Shown: one piece after another, positions 37,879-47,764 of the stretch | Layout: every line of letters begins with the position of its first letter | Numbering within the stretch: the first letter of the stretch is position 1 | Source: Candidatus Bathyarchaeia archaeon | GTDB taxonomy: Archaea; Thermoproteota; Bathyarchaeia; 40CM-2-53-6 | NCBI GenBank assembly: GCA_049517415.1 | Contig: JBEKSC010000003.1 | Span: forward strand, 64,001-128,000 | DNA: 64,000 bases | Direction of reading: 5' to 3' | The notes under the pieces: generated by a model | Seen by the model: only the letters and a program-made list of their open reading frames with translations | The model's database searches: none | What the model was told of the DNA's origin: nothing | Program-made: the position numbers and the translations under genes

Positions 37879-38387
37879 GTTTTGATGTAACCTTCATTCT
37901 GGGCACAATGTTGGTGGGTGTCACCATCGTTGCCTTAATGGTGCGCAAATTGGTTTGGTCTCTAATCCTGCTCTTTTACTCGAGCATAGTCTTCGGCCTA
38001 CTACTCATAAGCTATGGCGCAACCTTCGCAGGCCTATTCCACATCATAACCTTCGCTGGAGCCGTCTCAGTGCTCTTCATGGTCATACTGATGATTGTTG
38101 GAGGGCAAGCACTCAGCGACAAAATTGGAAAAGAAAACCTCACAGGAATGATTCTCGCGGTTCTCGCCGCTATACCCCTCGTTATCATAGTCTCGAACTT
38201 CCAACCATTCCCGGTCAGGTTGGATGAGCGAACTCAACTCCTCGGCCTAGCGATTCAACCTAACGACCCACTCAGTTTTCTGTGGGCTCTACGATCCTGG
38301 GATCTGCTACTAGTCGTGATTCTCGTAGCCGCCGCTATGCTTGGCGTGATGAACATGTTCTCCCGAGAAGGAGGCCCAGAGAAGTGA
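37875..38387 (+). CDS. NuoJ-like membrane subunit
   Basis: 5 TM helices, FAGAVSVLF. Confidence 0.85.
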   Translation: MSFDVTFILGTMLVGVTIVALMVRKLVWSLILLFYSSIVFGLLLISYGATFAGLFHIITFAGAVSVLFMVILMIVGGQALSDKIGKENLTGMILAVLAAIPLVIIVSNFQPFPVRLDERTQLLGLAIQPNDPLSFLWALRSWDLLLVVILVAAAMLGVMNMFSREGGPEK

Positions 38388-38692
38388 ACGAGCAGCAGCT
38401 CCTACAAGTCTTCGCAGCCCTACTCTTCGTTTCAGGGTTCGGAACAATCGCCACCACGAAGAACCTTGTCAAAATGATCATGGGCTTCCAGGTGATGATT
38501 TGGGGAGTCAACCTTGCGCTATTCGCCGGCGGCCTAGTTAACGGCCAAGTTACACTATTCTCGACCTCGCTGGTGATAATTTCAATCTCAATCGGCGCAA
38601 GTGTAGAAGCCCTCGCGCTGTCGCTCGTCATTCTAGTCTTCCGAAGATACGGAACCCTTAACCCATGGGAAATTAGGAGGCTCGCGCACTGA
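38384..38692 (+). CDS. NuoK-like membrane subunit
   Basis: GTGA overlap with the previous stop and SD GGAGG; KNLVKMIMG, GASVEALAL, FRRYGT. Confidence 0.85.
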   Translation: MNEQQLLQVFAALLFVSGFGTIATTKNLVKMIMGFQVMIWGVNLALFAGGLVNGQVTLFSTSLVIISISIGASVEALALSLVILVFRRYGTLNPWEIRRLAH

Positions 38693-40455
38693 CCACTCTA
38701 TACGCAGAATGGCTCGTTTGGGCCCTACCCTTCATAGCGATACCCTTCACCCTAGGCTTATCACGCTGGCCTAAAGTAAGAAACTGGTTCGCCGCAACAA
38801 TAACCGGCCTCACATCTCTATTGGCAGTAGATCTGCTGCTCGAAGTGCAAAATGGTGGGATAATTGATTCATCGTTTTCATGGCTGTCAGCCTACGGTTT
38901 CAAGGTGACAGTGCACGTAGATGGTTTAGCAGCTTTCTTAGCGGTAGTAGTGAATTCACTTGGTTTCTTGATTGTTGTTTATTCACAGGGCTACATGGGG
39001 CATGAGAAAGGCCTACCCAGATACTATTCGCTCGTTCAACTCTTCATTGGCGCCATGACTGGCCTAGTCCTTGCCGGAAACTTTCTCCAGCTCTACATCT
39101 TCTGGGAAATAGTAGGCATATGCTCCGCGTTCCTGATAGCCTTCTGGTATGACCGGCCGGAAGCAGTTCGTGCTGGCCTCAAGGCCTTCATTGTCACAAG
39201 GGTCGGGGACGCGGCATTGCTAATCGGGTTTGTCTGGCTCTACGTCACAACGGGGAGCGTAGACTTCCAGAAACTGAGCACACTAGCCTCACAGGGGTTC
39301 ATCCCCGCGTCAATCCTTACGGCGACAGGAATACTGGTCCTCGTCGGCGCGATGGGTAAGTCCGCGCAGGTGCCGCTCCACGTTTGGCTACCCGACGCAA
39401 TGGAAGGACCAACCACAGTTAGCGCCCTGATTCATGCTGCTACAATGGTAAACGCAGGCGTTTACTTGGTCGCTAGAACATACCCGATCTTCTCCACCAG
39501 TCAAACATGGCTCTCCGCCGTGGGCTGGGTTGGCATAATCTCAGCCCTGCTAGCCGCTAGCATAGCCACTGTTACCACGGACATAAAACGAGTCCTAGCT
39601 TACTCAACAATCAGCCAATTGGGCATAATGTTTGCAGCACTCGGAACGGGGACGGCAGGCGGATGGTTTGCCTCCCAATTCCATTTGATGAGCCAAGGCT
39701 TCTTCAAAGCACTTGGATTCTTGGCAGCGGGGTCGATCATTCACGTTCTCGGGACTCGTAACATGGAGGAAATGGGCGGCCTACGAAAGCGTATGCCCAT
39801 CACTTTCCTAGCATTTCTATTCTCAACACTGGCCCTAGCTGGTGTCCCGCCGTTCGTTGGTTTCTGGAGCAAAGACCTCATCGTAACTGAACTATCTTTG
39901 GCTGGCCAGAACATACAGGCCATGCTCATTCTAGTTGTTACAGTGCTCACATCATTCTACATGTTCCGTGCGCTCTTCAAAGTGTTCTTCGGGCCTGAGA
40001 GCAAAATGGCGCAAGAGAAGAACATTCACGAATCGCCGAAAACCATGACGATACCGCTCCTCATCCTGAGCGCTTGCGTACTCGTGTTGGGCTTTACAGA
40101 AGGCCCAGCTGCGAACTTACTCGGTATAACGGAGAACCTGACATTCGAGTTACCAATCATCGCCGCCTCTATTCTTGCGATTTTGATTGGGCTGACGCCA
40201 TCCTACTTTGCGTTCTACCTGCACAAACCTGACCCATCAACCTTCCTTAAGCAACACCCCAGCCTCGGGACATTGAGGCAAATCATGCTGACTGGCTATG
40301 GTTTTGACGCCCTTTACCAAAGAGTCTTCGTCAATCCGCTATCGAAGATTTCGAGCACGGTTAGGGAAATTCAGACTGGAATCTTGGCTAAGAATCTCTG
40401 GCCCATGCTAGCAATCCTAGTGCTGCTCGCGATCTGGGTGGTGCTGTACCTATGA
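38689..40455 (+). CDS. NuoL/MrpA-like antiporter subunit; probable CTG start
   Basis: FWEIVG, KAFIVTRVGD, GKSAQVPLHVWLPDAMEGPT.VSALIHAATMV, KRVLAYSTISQLG. An in-frame hydrophobic 44-codon extension reaches back to CTG 38689. Confidence 0.92.
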   Translation: MTTLYAEWLVWALPFIAIPFTLGLSRWPKVRNWFAATITGLTSLLAVDLLLEVQNGGIIDSSFSWLSAYGFKVTVHVDGLAAFLAVVVNSLGFLIVVYSQGYMGHEKGLPRYYSLVQLFIGAMTGLVLAGNFLQLYIFWEIVGICSAFLIAFWYDRPEAVRAGLKAFIVTRVGDAALLIGFVWLYVTTGSVDFQKLSTLASQGFIPASILTATGILVLVGAMGKSAQVPLHVWLPDAMEGPTTVSALIHAATMVNAGVYLVARTYPIFSTSQTWLSAVGWVGIISALLAASIATVTTDIKRVLAYSTISQLGIMFAALGTGTAGGWFASQFHLMSQGFFKALGFLAAGSIIHVLGTRNMEEMGGLRKRMPITFLAFLFSTLALAGVPPFVGFWSKDLIVTELSLAGQNIQAMLILVVTVLTSFYMFRALFKVFFGPESKMAQEKNIHESPKTMTIPLLILSACVLVLGFTEGPAANLLGITENLTFELPIIAASILAILIGLTPSYFAFYLHKPDPSTFLKQHPSLGTLRQIMLTGYGFDALYQRVFVNPLSKISSTVREIQTGILAKNLWPMLAILVLLAIWVVLYL

Positions 40456-41957
40456 ACGATTGGATAACACTATTCTCAACTTTCGCCCCGGGCTTCTTTG
40501 GCGCATTCGGCATACTCATCCTAGACTTGATCTTCAAGAACAGAACGAAACATCGCTCCGCTATTGGTGGCGTAATAGCCATCGGTGCCCTCTCCCTAAT
40601 CGCGTTTAGCAACTGGCAACAGGCTGCAACTGTGTTAGCGACGGGTAAGCCTATTGTGATAAGCCTTGAACCGAGCCTGTTAGCTACAACCTTCACGATA
40701 ACTCTGCTAGGCGTTTACATATCCTCAATTGCACTGTTGCTCTGTGTTCTAATCAGCCTGTACTCTATTGCATACCTTTCGAAGGAGGGTAGCTCAGCCC
40801 TCTTTCAATCTCTAATTCTTCTGCTCTACCTCAGCATATACGCGGTCACAGTCTCAGGCGACCTGCTCACTTTCTTCATAGGTTGGGAGGGTATGAGTGT
40901 CGCCGCATATGGCCTGGTAGCCTTCTACAAGCACAGTTGGGAAGCTATCGAGGCTACAGTGAAGTACTTACTGATGAGCGGAATAGGAAGCCTCACAGCC
41001 CTTTACGGAATTGCGCTCATATACGGCCTAACAGGTACCTTGAACATTGAGAGCTTCGTGAAAGGCTTCGCCACACCGACTTCGACTGGAACGTTGGCCC
41101 TCGTTCTCGTTTTCATGGGGTTCGGAGTTGAAGCTGCTATTGCGCCGTTACACATGTGGTTACCTGACGCTCATCCTGCAGCCCCTAGCCCTATGAGCGC
41201 TCTACTGTCTGGGATTATCATTGAAGTTGGAAGTTTCGCCTTCATTCGCCTTCTTGGCCCGATTCTAATTCTGCCAGCTTACGTGATTCTGGCTCAGCCG
41301 ATAATTGCGGCCGCTGCGGTCGCAACAATGTTCGTCGGCAACCTGTCAGCATTACAGCAGGACGATTTGAAACGGTTACTAGCCTATTCGAGTATAGCGC
41401 AAGTCGGCTACATATTACTAGGAATCGCGACCCTAACCCCAGCGGGGTTCTCAGCGAGCATATTCCACATCTGGAACCACGCACTCCTGAAGGGGATGTT
41501 ATTCCTCCTCGCAGGAATCGTTACCTACCAAATTGGCACCAGAAGCTTGACTGAGATGGCCGGGTTGGGAAGGAAAAGCCCGATACTTGCAGCGCTTTTC
41601 GGGCTCAGCGCGCTAGCTATGACTGGCGTCCCACCCTTCGGCTTATTCTGGAGCGAACTGCTGATAGTTCTCTCAAGCCTAGCCGTCGGCTCGATTGTCC
41701 TAGATGCGGCGGTCGTGTTAATGCTGCTCAACTTACTCATCTCGATAGCGTACTACTTCCGAATAATTCGAACCATCGCTTTCGCAGAACCGAGCAGTCA
41801 CCTGAACGGAAACGGGGCGACCAAAATACCGAAGCTACTGCTGATTCCATGCATTGTATTAATCGCCCTCAGTTTGATTACGGGCCTCTACCCGAACCTT
41901 TTCTACCAACCAGCAGCAAATGCTGTTAATGGGCTTCTAACCGGTTTCTCATGGTGA
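40452..41957 (+). CDS. NuoM/N/MrpD-like antiporter subunit
   Basis: GWE, EATVKYL, PLHMWLPDAH..AP, KRLLAYSSIAQVGY, NHALLKG, GVPP. Confidence 0.9.
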   Translation: MNDWITLFSTFAPGFFGAFGILILDLIFKNRTKHRSAIGGVIAIGALSLIAFSNWQQAATVLATGKPIVISLEPSLLATTFTITLLGVYISSIALLLCVLISLYSIAYLSKEGSSALFQSLILLLYLSIYAVTVSGDLLTFFIGWEGMSVAAYGLVAFYKHSWEAIEATVKYLLMSGIGSLTALYGIALIYGLTGTLNIESFVKGFATPTSTGTLALVLVFMGFGVEAAIAPLHMWLPDAHPAAPSPMSALLSGIIIEVGSFAFIRLLGPILILPAYVILAQPIIAAAAVATMFVGNLSALQQDDLKRLLAYSSIAQVGYILLGIATLTPAGFSASIFHIWNHALLKGMLFLLAGIVTYQIGTRSLTEMAGLGRKSPILAALFGLSALAMTGVPPFGLFWSELLIVLSSLAVGSIVLDAAVVLMLLNLLISIAYYFRIIRTIAFAEPSSHLNGNGATKIPKLLLIPCIVLIALSLITGLYPNLFYQPAANAVNGLLTGFSW

Positions 41958-41963
41958 TCTATA

Positions 41964-42302
41964 ATGAGTGAAGTGGGAAGAGAACGGATAATCAAAGATG
42001 TGGAAAGCCTCGACGAAGCAGTCAAAGCCGAGAAGGATGTGGAGTCAGGTTACCACGGCGTCATAGACGAGAACATATCGTACTGGCTAGCCGTCGAAGA
42101 GGACATCGTCGAAAGCTACACGAAGTTAGCCAAGGAAAGCAAGAATAGAAAAGTCAAAACCACTCTCAAGGGAATTATAGACGACTCCAAGAACCACATT
42201 CGAATGCTAACATCGATACGCAAAGCCTTTAACAAAATTATGGCGGACGAACACCGCCACGCAGCGCTGCTACAAGAGTTGGCTGAAACCACGCGCAAAT
42301 GA
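41964..42302 (+). CDS. Small ferritin/rubrerythrin-like helical protein
   Basis: E-x6-Y twice (E23/Y30, E45/Y52), plus DSKNH and DEHRH. Confidence 0.7.
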   Translation: MSEVGRERIIKDVESLDEAVKAEKDVESGYHGVIDENISYWLAVEEDIVESYTKLAKESKNRKVKTTLKGIIDDSKNHIRMLTSIRKAFNKIMADEHRHAALLQELAETTRK

Positions 42303-42503
42303 TTCGGCCACTGAGAAAACCGATCGATTTACCTACGCCTCTCAACCGCAAGATGCTGGAACTGGCTGAGTTTCATAAAGTGATAGTGGAGCGAAGAATT
42401 TCAAGAATGAGGTTAGACCACCCAATCGAAGGGTTCTGACGCGTTGAACTCGATGACATTTCTGAGGTAATGTCTAACAAGTAGATTCGATGCGTCAAAA
42501 TCA

Positions 42504-43103
42504 TTACAGCGTGCTAGTTTCCTTTCTGTCAAGTAAGATGTTTATTATTCTAAAAGTTAATCCCCACACTGTGTTTCCGCCGTAAATGTAGCCGTCAACA
42601 CTCAGTTTTCCCTCCTCGACCTTTACTTCGGTTCTCTCGACTTCGCTCACGTCCAAGATGCTGAGAGGTACCCAGAATTTCTCTGCCACCTCTTCATTCG
42701 ATTTAAGGATCACACTTGTCTTCAATTGGAAGATAAAGGGGGCAACTTGGACTTGGCGCGTGCGGGCGTACACTAGTGGGAGTTGCCCAAGGAGTTCATG
42801 CTCTCGCAGGTCGATTCCGACTTCTTCATGTGCCTCCCGGATCGCTGTTTCTAAGAAGTTTCGGTCGCTTGAGGCTTTGTGGCCGCCGGGAAAAGCTATC
42901 TGGCCTGACCATGGGTCCCCTACCCGTTCAGTTCTCTTGATGAGAAGGATTGAACCTCTTCGATCCTTAGGGTTGATGATGATTGCAACGGCCGCTTCGG
43001 GGTGTCCCTTATCCGATTCAGGAATCGCCCCCTCTCTTCGAAGACGCGCTTTGAGCGACTCAAGGTCAAAGGTATCCGTCGAGCAGCCACCTCCTTGCTG
43101 CAT
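42504..43103 (-). CDS. Nudix hydrolase, CoA pyrophosphatase type
   Basis: WSGQIAFPGG, TAIREAHEEVG, VWGLT. Confidence 0.9.
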   Translation of the reverse strand: MQQGGGCSTDTFDLESLKARLRREGAIPESDKGHPEAAVAIIINPKDRRGSILLIKRTERVGDPWSGQIAFPGGHKASSDRNFLETAIREAHEEVGIDLREHELLGQLPLVYARTRQVQVAPFIFQLKTSVILKSNEEVAEKFWVPLSILDVSEVERTEVKVEEGKLSVDGYIYGGNTVWGLTFRIINILLDRKETSTL

Positions 43104-43449
43104 TAGTGCGCATTCTATTTGAACGGTCTCTTGGGGGACGGGGCGTTTGGGGGCCGCCTACAAGGGGGGTACGCTCGCCCAGCTTGGCTCTATTACTGCG
43201 TCGGTGTTCGAACGCCCGACAGGCGTATTTCGTTAGGAAGCAATCGCGGGTAATCTTCTCCCAAGAACTAATCTGTCAACGGTGAAGAATTCTCTTAGAA
43301 AGATGCCGCAAGCAGCTGATTTTTCAGACAAACCTGAACAGAACAACTCAAGTCGCGTTTTCGCATAGCTTCCTATGAAAGCTTAACGGGAGAAGAATTT
43401 ATCAGTCGAGCACCAACTCACGCCCCCAATTGCTCTGGAGTTCTTTGAT

Positions 43450-44673
43450 TTGCCAAGTGTCGATGACGCTTTAGGTCGGATTGAGAGATCCCGTAATGAC
43501 ATCGAACGTTTCATGGTAGAGATGCTGAAGATTAAAGCCGTAAATCCGGATGGCGGTGGCAAAGGCGAGTATCAACGGGCGCTCTTCGTCAAGAAGTGGC
43601 TGGAAGACCTAGGGTTCAAGGTGACGCGCCATGATTTTCAAGATAAGCGAGTGCCGGAGGGTGTCCGCATAAACCTGACCACAATCCTTGAAGGACAAGA
43701 CAAGAGTAGAACTCTCTGGTTGGCTGCACACTTAGACACCGTTCCCGAGGGCGCCCGGGATCTCTGGGCAACAGACCCCTATGACCCAGTCATAAAGGAC
43801 GGCAAAATATTCGGGAGGGGTTCTGAGGATAACGGTCAAGCCATTGGCTCTATTTTGTTCTCTGTGAAGGTGTTGAAGGAACTGGGCCTTAAACCTAGAA
43901 TCAACCTCGGAGTTGCCTTTGTGTCCGACGAAGAGTCGGGCAGCAAATACGGCGTCATTCCGCTCATAGAGAAGAACGTGTTCAAACCTACAGATGTAGC
44001 CATCGTTCCAGATACGGGAAGCCCGGACGGTTCTCAGATCGAAGTCGCAGAGAAGAGCATTTTGTGGTTGAGGATTACTACGAAAGGCCGGCAAGTTCAC
44101 GGAAGCACCCCTGAGAAAGGGCTTAACGCAAGCAGAATCGGAATGAAACTAGCTCTCCAAATGGACGAAATGCTCCACGCAAAGTATACTGCAACCGACC
44201 CATTGTTCGAACCACCAGTTTCAACTTTCGAACCCACGAAACACGAAGCGAATGTGGATAACGTGAACACTGTCCCAGGCCTCGACGTGCAATACTTTGA
44301 CTGCCGGGTACTTCCCAAATATCCCCTAAAGACGGTGATGGAAGACATCGAATCCTTGAAGTCCAAAGTTCAAAAAGAAACAGGAGCAACGATTGAGATT
44401 TACCAGATACAACACGAAGATAATACTAATCCAACCCCAGCCGACAGCGAAATTGTTCAGAAATTGAAGGCTGCACTCAAGGTGATGCGCGGCATAGATG
44501 CAAAACCTATCGGCATTGGCGGTGGAACCGTGGGATTGTATTTCAGGCGCAAGGGAATCCAAACCGCCGTCTGGTCCACACTAGAAGATATGGCCCACCA
44601 ACCGAATGAATACTGCAAGATCGACAACATAGTCGATGACGCGAAAGTCTTCGTCCATGTCGCAATGAACTGA
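43450..44673 (+). CDS. M20/DapE-ArgE family metallohydrolase
   Basis: AHLDTVP, GRGSEDNG, DEE, HGS, AHQPNEY. Confidence 0.92.
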   Translation: MPSVDDALGRIERSRNDIERFMVEMLKIKAVNPDGGGKGEYQRALFVKKWLEDLGFKVTRHDFQDKRVPEGVRINLTTILEGQDKSRTLWLAAHLDTVPEGARDLWATDPYDPVIKDGKIFGRGSEDNGQAIGSILFSVKVLKELGLKPRINLGVAFVSDEESGSKYGVIPLIEKNVFKPTDVAIVPDTGSPDGSQIEVAEKSILWLRITTKGRQVHGSTPEKGLNASRIGMKLALQMDEMLHAKYTATDPLFEPPVSTFEPTKHEANVDNVNTVPGLDVQYFDCRVLPKYPLKTVMEDIESLKSKVQKETGATIEIYQIQHEDNTNPTPADSEIVQKLKAALKVMRGIDAKPIGIGGGTVGLYFRRKGIQTAVWSTLEDMAHQPNEYCKIDNIVDDAKVFVHVAMN

Positions 44674-44683
44674 CTAAGTAGCT

Positions 44684-45571
44684 ATGGGTGCGCACAGGCG
44701 CGATTGCAAATCGATGAAGCTACCACACTTGCAACTCACAGCCAGAGTCGCTAGGCCATCCGACTTTCAACTAGTCGCAAAGCTCTGCAGGCGTGCGGCC
44801 GGTCCTTCAGACTATGTGCCCTCTATTCTTAGGGAGACAATTGAATGTGGAGGTCTCTTTCTTGCATGGAACAATTCTGAACTTGTTGGCATGACAAATT
44901 TTGAGAAATGCATAGACGGAAGCGGCTGGTTAGGCATGGCACGCACAGACCCAGACTGGCGCCGAAGAGGCGTTGCGGTCTTCCTTCAAGAGCAGATAGC
45001 TGCTCACGCCAAGAAAGGAGGAATAACAACCCTTAGGTTGGTGGCTTCCTCTAGAAATACCCCTTCAATAATGGCAATCAGGAAAGGCGAATTCAAACAA
45101 GTGTGTGAAGCCGCCCATATTTCCTACCATTTCAAAACGGCCGGTAAGAACCCATCCATCCCCCCTTGTGGCCGATTGTCGGAAACTCAACTTGACGCCG
45201 TTCTTCATTCAGAATACCTCTCTCAGATGAATGGATATTTGCCTTACAATCGGCGCTTCGTTAAAGCAAACAAACGTCTCCTCAAGATGATCTTTCGAAG
45301 AGGAGAAGTCTATACGATGGGAGGAACGGCGTTTATTCTAACGCCGCCGAAGAAAATCTTCGGCGAGCGTGCGACGAGTTTGAGTCTACTCACTGGCAAA
45401 GTAACCGATTCATTTAGGCGTTCTAAGAATGCAGCAAAAGCATTTAGAGCCCAAGCAATGCGCGCGTATATTCCGTATAACCGATACCAGATGAGAACCG
45501 CTGAGGAACTCGGATTCAGGAGAGAGCATTGGGGACGTCACTGCCTCGTGTTCGAAAGAAACATACCTTGA
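44684..45571 (+). CDS. GNAT family N-acetyltransferase
   Basis: RTDPDWRRRGVA acetyl-CoA motif, N..SI....K..F. Confidence 0.8.
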   Translation: MGAHRRDCKSMKLPHLQLTARVARPSDFQLVAKLCRRAAGPSDYVPSILRETIECGGLFLAWNNSELVGMTNFEKCIDGSGWLGMARTDPDWRRRGVAVFLQEQIAAHAKKGGITTLRLVASSRNTPSIMAIRKGEFKQVCEAAHISYHFKTAGKNPSIPPCGRLSETQLDAVLHSEYLSQMNGYLPYNRRFVKANKRLLKMIFRRGEVYTMGGTAFILTPPKKIFGERATSLSLLTGKVTDSFRRSKNAAKAFRAQAMRAYIPYNRYQMRTAEELGFRREHWGRHCLVFERNIP

Positions 45572-45600
45572 ACCAATCGACTGAAGGATTGTGAGTCGCA

Positions 45601-46392
45601 GTGCCATTGATCAGTCTGCTCACTGATTATGGGTGGTTAGATCCTTTTGTCGGCGAGATGAAGGCAGTTATTCTTTCAATTTGCCCTGAAACTAGAATAA
45701 TAGACCTCACACATCAAGTTCAGAAGTTCGACGTTCGATTGGGAGCCTTCCTTTTGGCTGGGGCCGCTTCTTATTTTCCATCCGGGACGATTCACGTTGG
45801 AGTGGTTGACCCTGGTGTGGGGAGCAGTCGTCGTGCAATCGTAGTGCAGTCACGGCGCGCTATTTATGTCGGCCCGGACAACGGGTTGCTGGTTCCCGCT
45901 GCGCAGCGGGAACGTATTCTTCACGTTTATGAGTTAACTAATCGTTCCTTCATGCGAGATGAAATTTCCGCAACATTTCACGGAAGGGATATTTTCGCTC
46001 CAACCGCCGCACACTTAGCTTGCGGGAAGATGCCGAAGGAATGTGGGCCTGAGATTTCCGATTACGTGCGACCATCCTATTCCCAACCCACGTTCGATGG
46101 CAAGACAATTACTTGCGAAGTATTTCACATTGATGGCTTCGGAAACATCGTGACCAATGTCTCAAATCACATCGAAAAGTTGGAGCTAAGGTTCGGGGAT
46201 AAGGTTTCGCTCAAATTCAAGAAGAAGCGGATTCCAGCACGCTTTGTCCGAACCTATTCAGACCTTAAGAGGAAAGAGTTTGGAATCCTCTTCGGGAGCC
46301 ATGGGTTCCTCGAAATAGCCAGCCGAGAGGCTAGCGCGGCGAGTAGGGTTCGCGTTAGAATTGGGAGTGTTGTTCACGTCGGTGGTGTTTAG
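45601..46392 (+). CDS. SAM hydrolase (DUF62; chlorinase/fluorinase family)
   Basis: LLTDYG, VVDPGVG, GPDNG, TFHGRDIF, DGFGN. Confidence 0.92.
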   Translation: MPLISLLTDYGWLDPFVGEMKAVILSICPETRIIDLTHQVQKFDVRLGAFLLAGAASYFPSGTIHVGVVDPGVGSSRRAIVVQSRRAIYVGPDNGLLVPAAQRERILHVYELTNRSFMRDEISATFHGRDIFAPTAAHLACGKMPKECGPEISDYVRPSYSQPTFDGKTITCEVFHIDGFGNIVTNVSNHIEKLELRFGDKVSLKFKKKRIPARFVRTYSDLKRKEFGILFGSHGFLEIASREASAASRVRVRIGSVVHVGGV

Positions 46393-46915
46393 GCTCGTCG
46401 CTTAACGCGAGTTCCTTCAATCTTTCATCGCCAAATATGGTCTTGATGTAGGCTGCGACCGAGGCAGGTACGAGTTTCTCCCAACTTTCGCCGTTGACTA
46501 CACGTTCGCGTATTTCAGTTGACGAGTAAGTTTCCCGGTCGTAGAAGGGTATAGGTTCGACGCGGAAGCCGGCTTCTTTGAAGAGGCGTGAGGTGACAGG
46601 TTCGTTAGAGAAAACAACTTCGAAGCGAGGCGTTTGGGAGACGAGGTGTGAAACCCAGAGGTCGTGTATTCGAAGGTCACGGACTGGGATCAGGTAATAC
46701 TTGGATGGCTCAATCTTAACCTCATCTAAGGCGAGGCGAATCATCGTAACCCGTTCCCCAGCAGTGAAGGGGTTATGTAACGTGTGGCTGAACTGGGCGC
46801 TCCCTATCACAATGATAGCTTCGGACATTTTATTCAGTATGTATTGGACGCAGTGTAGGTGGCCTAAGTGGAAGGGTTGAAAGCGCCCTATCAACAACCC
46901 GCGTTGTTTGTCCAA
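46355..46915 (-). CDS. nadM: Nicotinamide-nucleotide adenylyltransferase
   Basis: GRFQPFHLGH, GSAQ, NPFTAGER, SSTEIR. Confidence 0.93.
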   Translation of the reverse strand: MDKQRGLLIGRFQPFHLGHLHCVQYILNKMSEAIIVIGSAQFSHTLHNPFTAGERVTMIRLALDEVKIEPSKYYLIPVRDLRIHDLWVSHLVSQTPRFEVVFSNEPVTSRLFKEAGFRVEPIPFYDRETYSSTEIRERVVNGESWEKLVPASVAAYIKTIFGDERLKELALSDEPKHHRREQHSQF

Positions 46916-47072
46916 GTTTCAGCTATCCTGAGTTTGTTCCGTTCCATGCCTTCAACCGCCTATTAAGAGAACGCTCTCACCCACCGCCGCGTTCGCGAGT
47001 CTGTGATGAGATGTTTAGTCTAGACAGTTCCGGGTCTAATCGTTTAGTGAAACGTGATCTCTACTCTTATCT

Positions 47073-47651
47073 TCACTCAGGTTTCCAAAGTGATTCTGCA
47101 GAAACCTTTTCGCCGCTAAATACTACACCTTCACGTTCGAGTAATCCGCGCTTGACATAGCCGCCTTCAGAAGGTTTTCGTCCAGGCATACCATAATTTC
47201 CAACCTTCAACGAGGCTGGTACGACTCTGTGACATGGAATGATTAGTGATATTGGATTAGTGGCCACAGCAGTCCCAACTGCACGAGCGTAACGCTTCCC
47301 GCCAACCTTCTTCGCCAAGGCACCATATGTTGCCACCTTGCCGCTAGGAATCGCCTGGAGGAGAGAGTAGACCTTTCTCCTGAACTCAGAAACCTTCGAC
47401 AAATCAAAGGACTTGAGCTGCCCGGTACTTTTCCCAGAGTATGCTCTGTAGATCTCTTCGAATATGCTCGGGTCGACCGAACCGGCGGTTTCAATTTGAG
47501 ATCGCGGAATCGTACCCATAACTGATTCCTCAGCATCATTCTTGCTTCTGTCCGAGAATGCGCACGCCACCAATTCATCCCTCTCATTCACAGCCAAACT
47601 GAACCAGACGCCGTCCTTCCGTTGGGACGTGATTCGAATCATCTCGCACAC
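47073..47651 (-). CDS. ogt: Methylated-DNA--protein-cysteine methyltransferase
   Basis: TYG.LA, ARAVG, NP...IIPCHRVV, K..LL..EG. Confidence 0.92.
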   Translation of the reverse strand: MCEMIRITSQRKDGVWFSLAVNERDELVACAFSDRSKNDAEESVMGTIPRSQIETAGSVDPSIFEEIYRAYSGKSTGQLKSFDLSKVSEFRRKVYSLLQAIPSGKVATYGALAKKVGGKRYARAVGTAVATNPISLIIPCHRVVPASLKVGNYGMPGRKPSEGGYVKRGLLEREGVVFSGEKVSAESLWKPE

Positions 47652-47764
47652 ACCACTATCCCACCGTATGTTTCGGTATGTAGATAAATTGTGGGCCGGC
47701 GGTGGACGATTAGTTTCATTAGCCTCTCTGCCTGATTACATAGTCCCATCAGTCTCCCCTGGTA

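Noticed and set aside
34031..41957. Calling the operon NADH:quinone oxidoreductase (nuo) or Fpo
   Set aside because: The Ni-binding CxxC pairs, the C-terminal tail and hycI indicate a hydrogenase; no NuoEFG or FpoF is present.
43120..43240. GC-rich intergenic stretch with hairpin GTCGG-TGTTCGAACG-CCCGAC as a possible ncRNA
   Set aside because: No recognisable SRP, RNase P or tRNA motifs; a single hairpin is insufficient without a covariance search.
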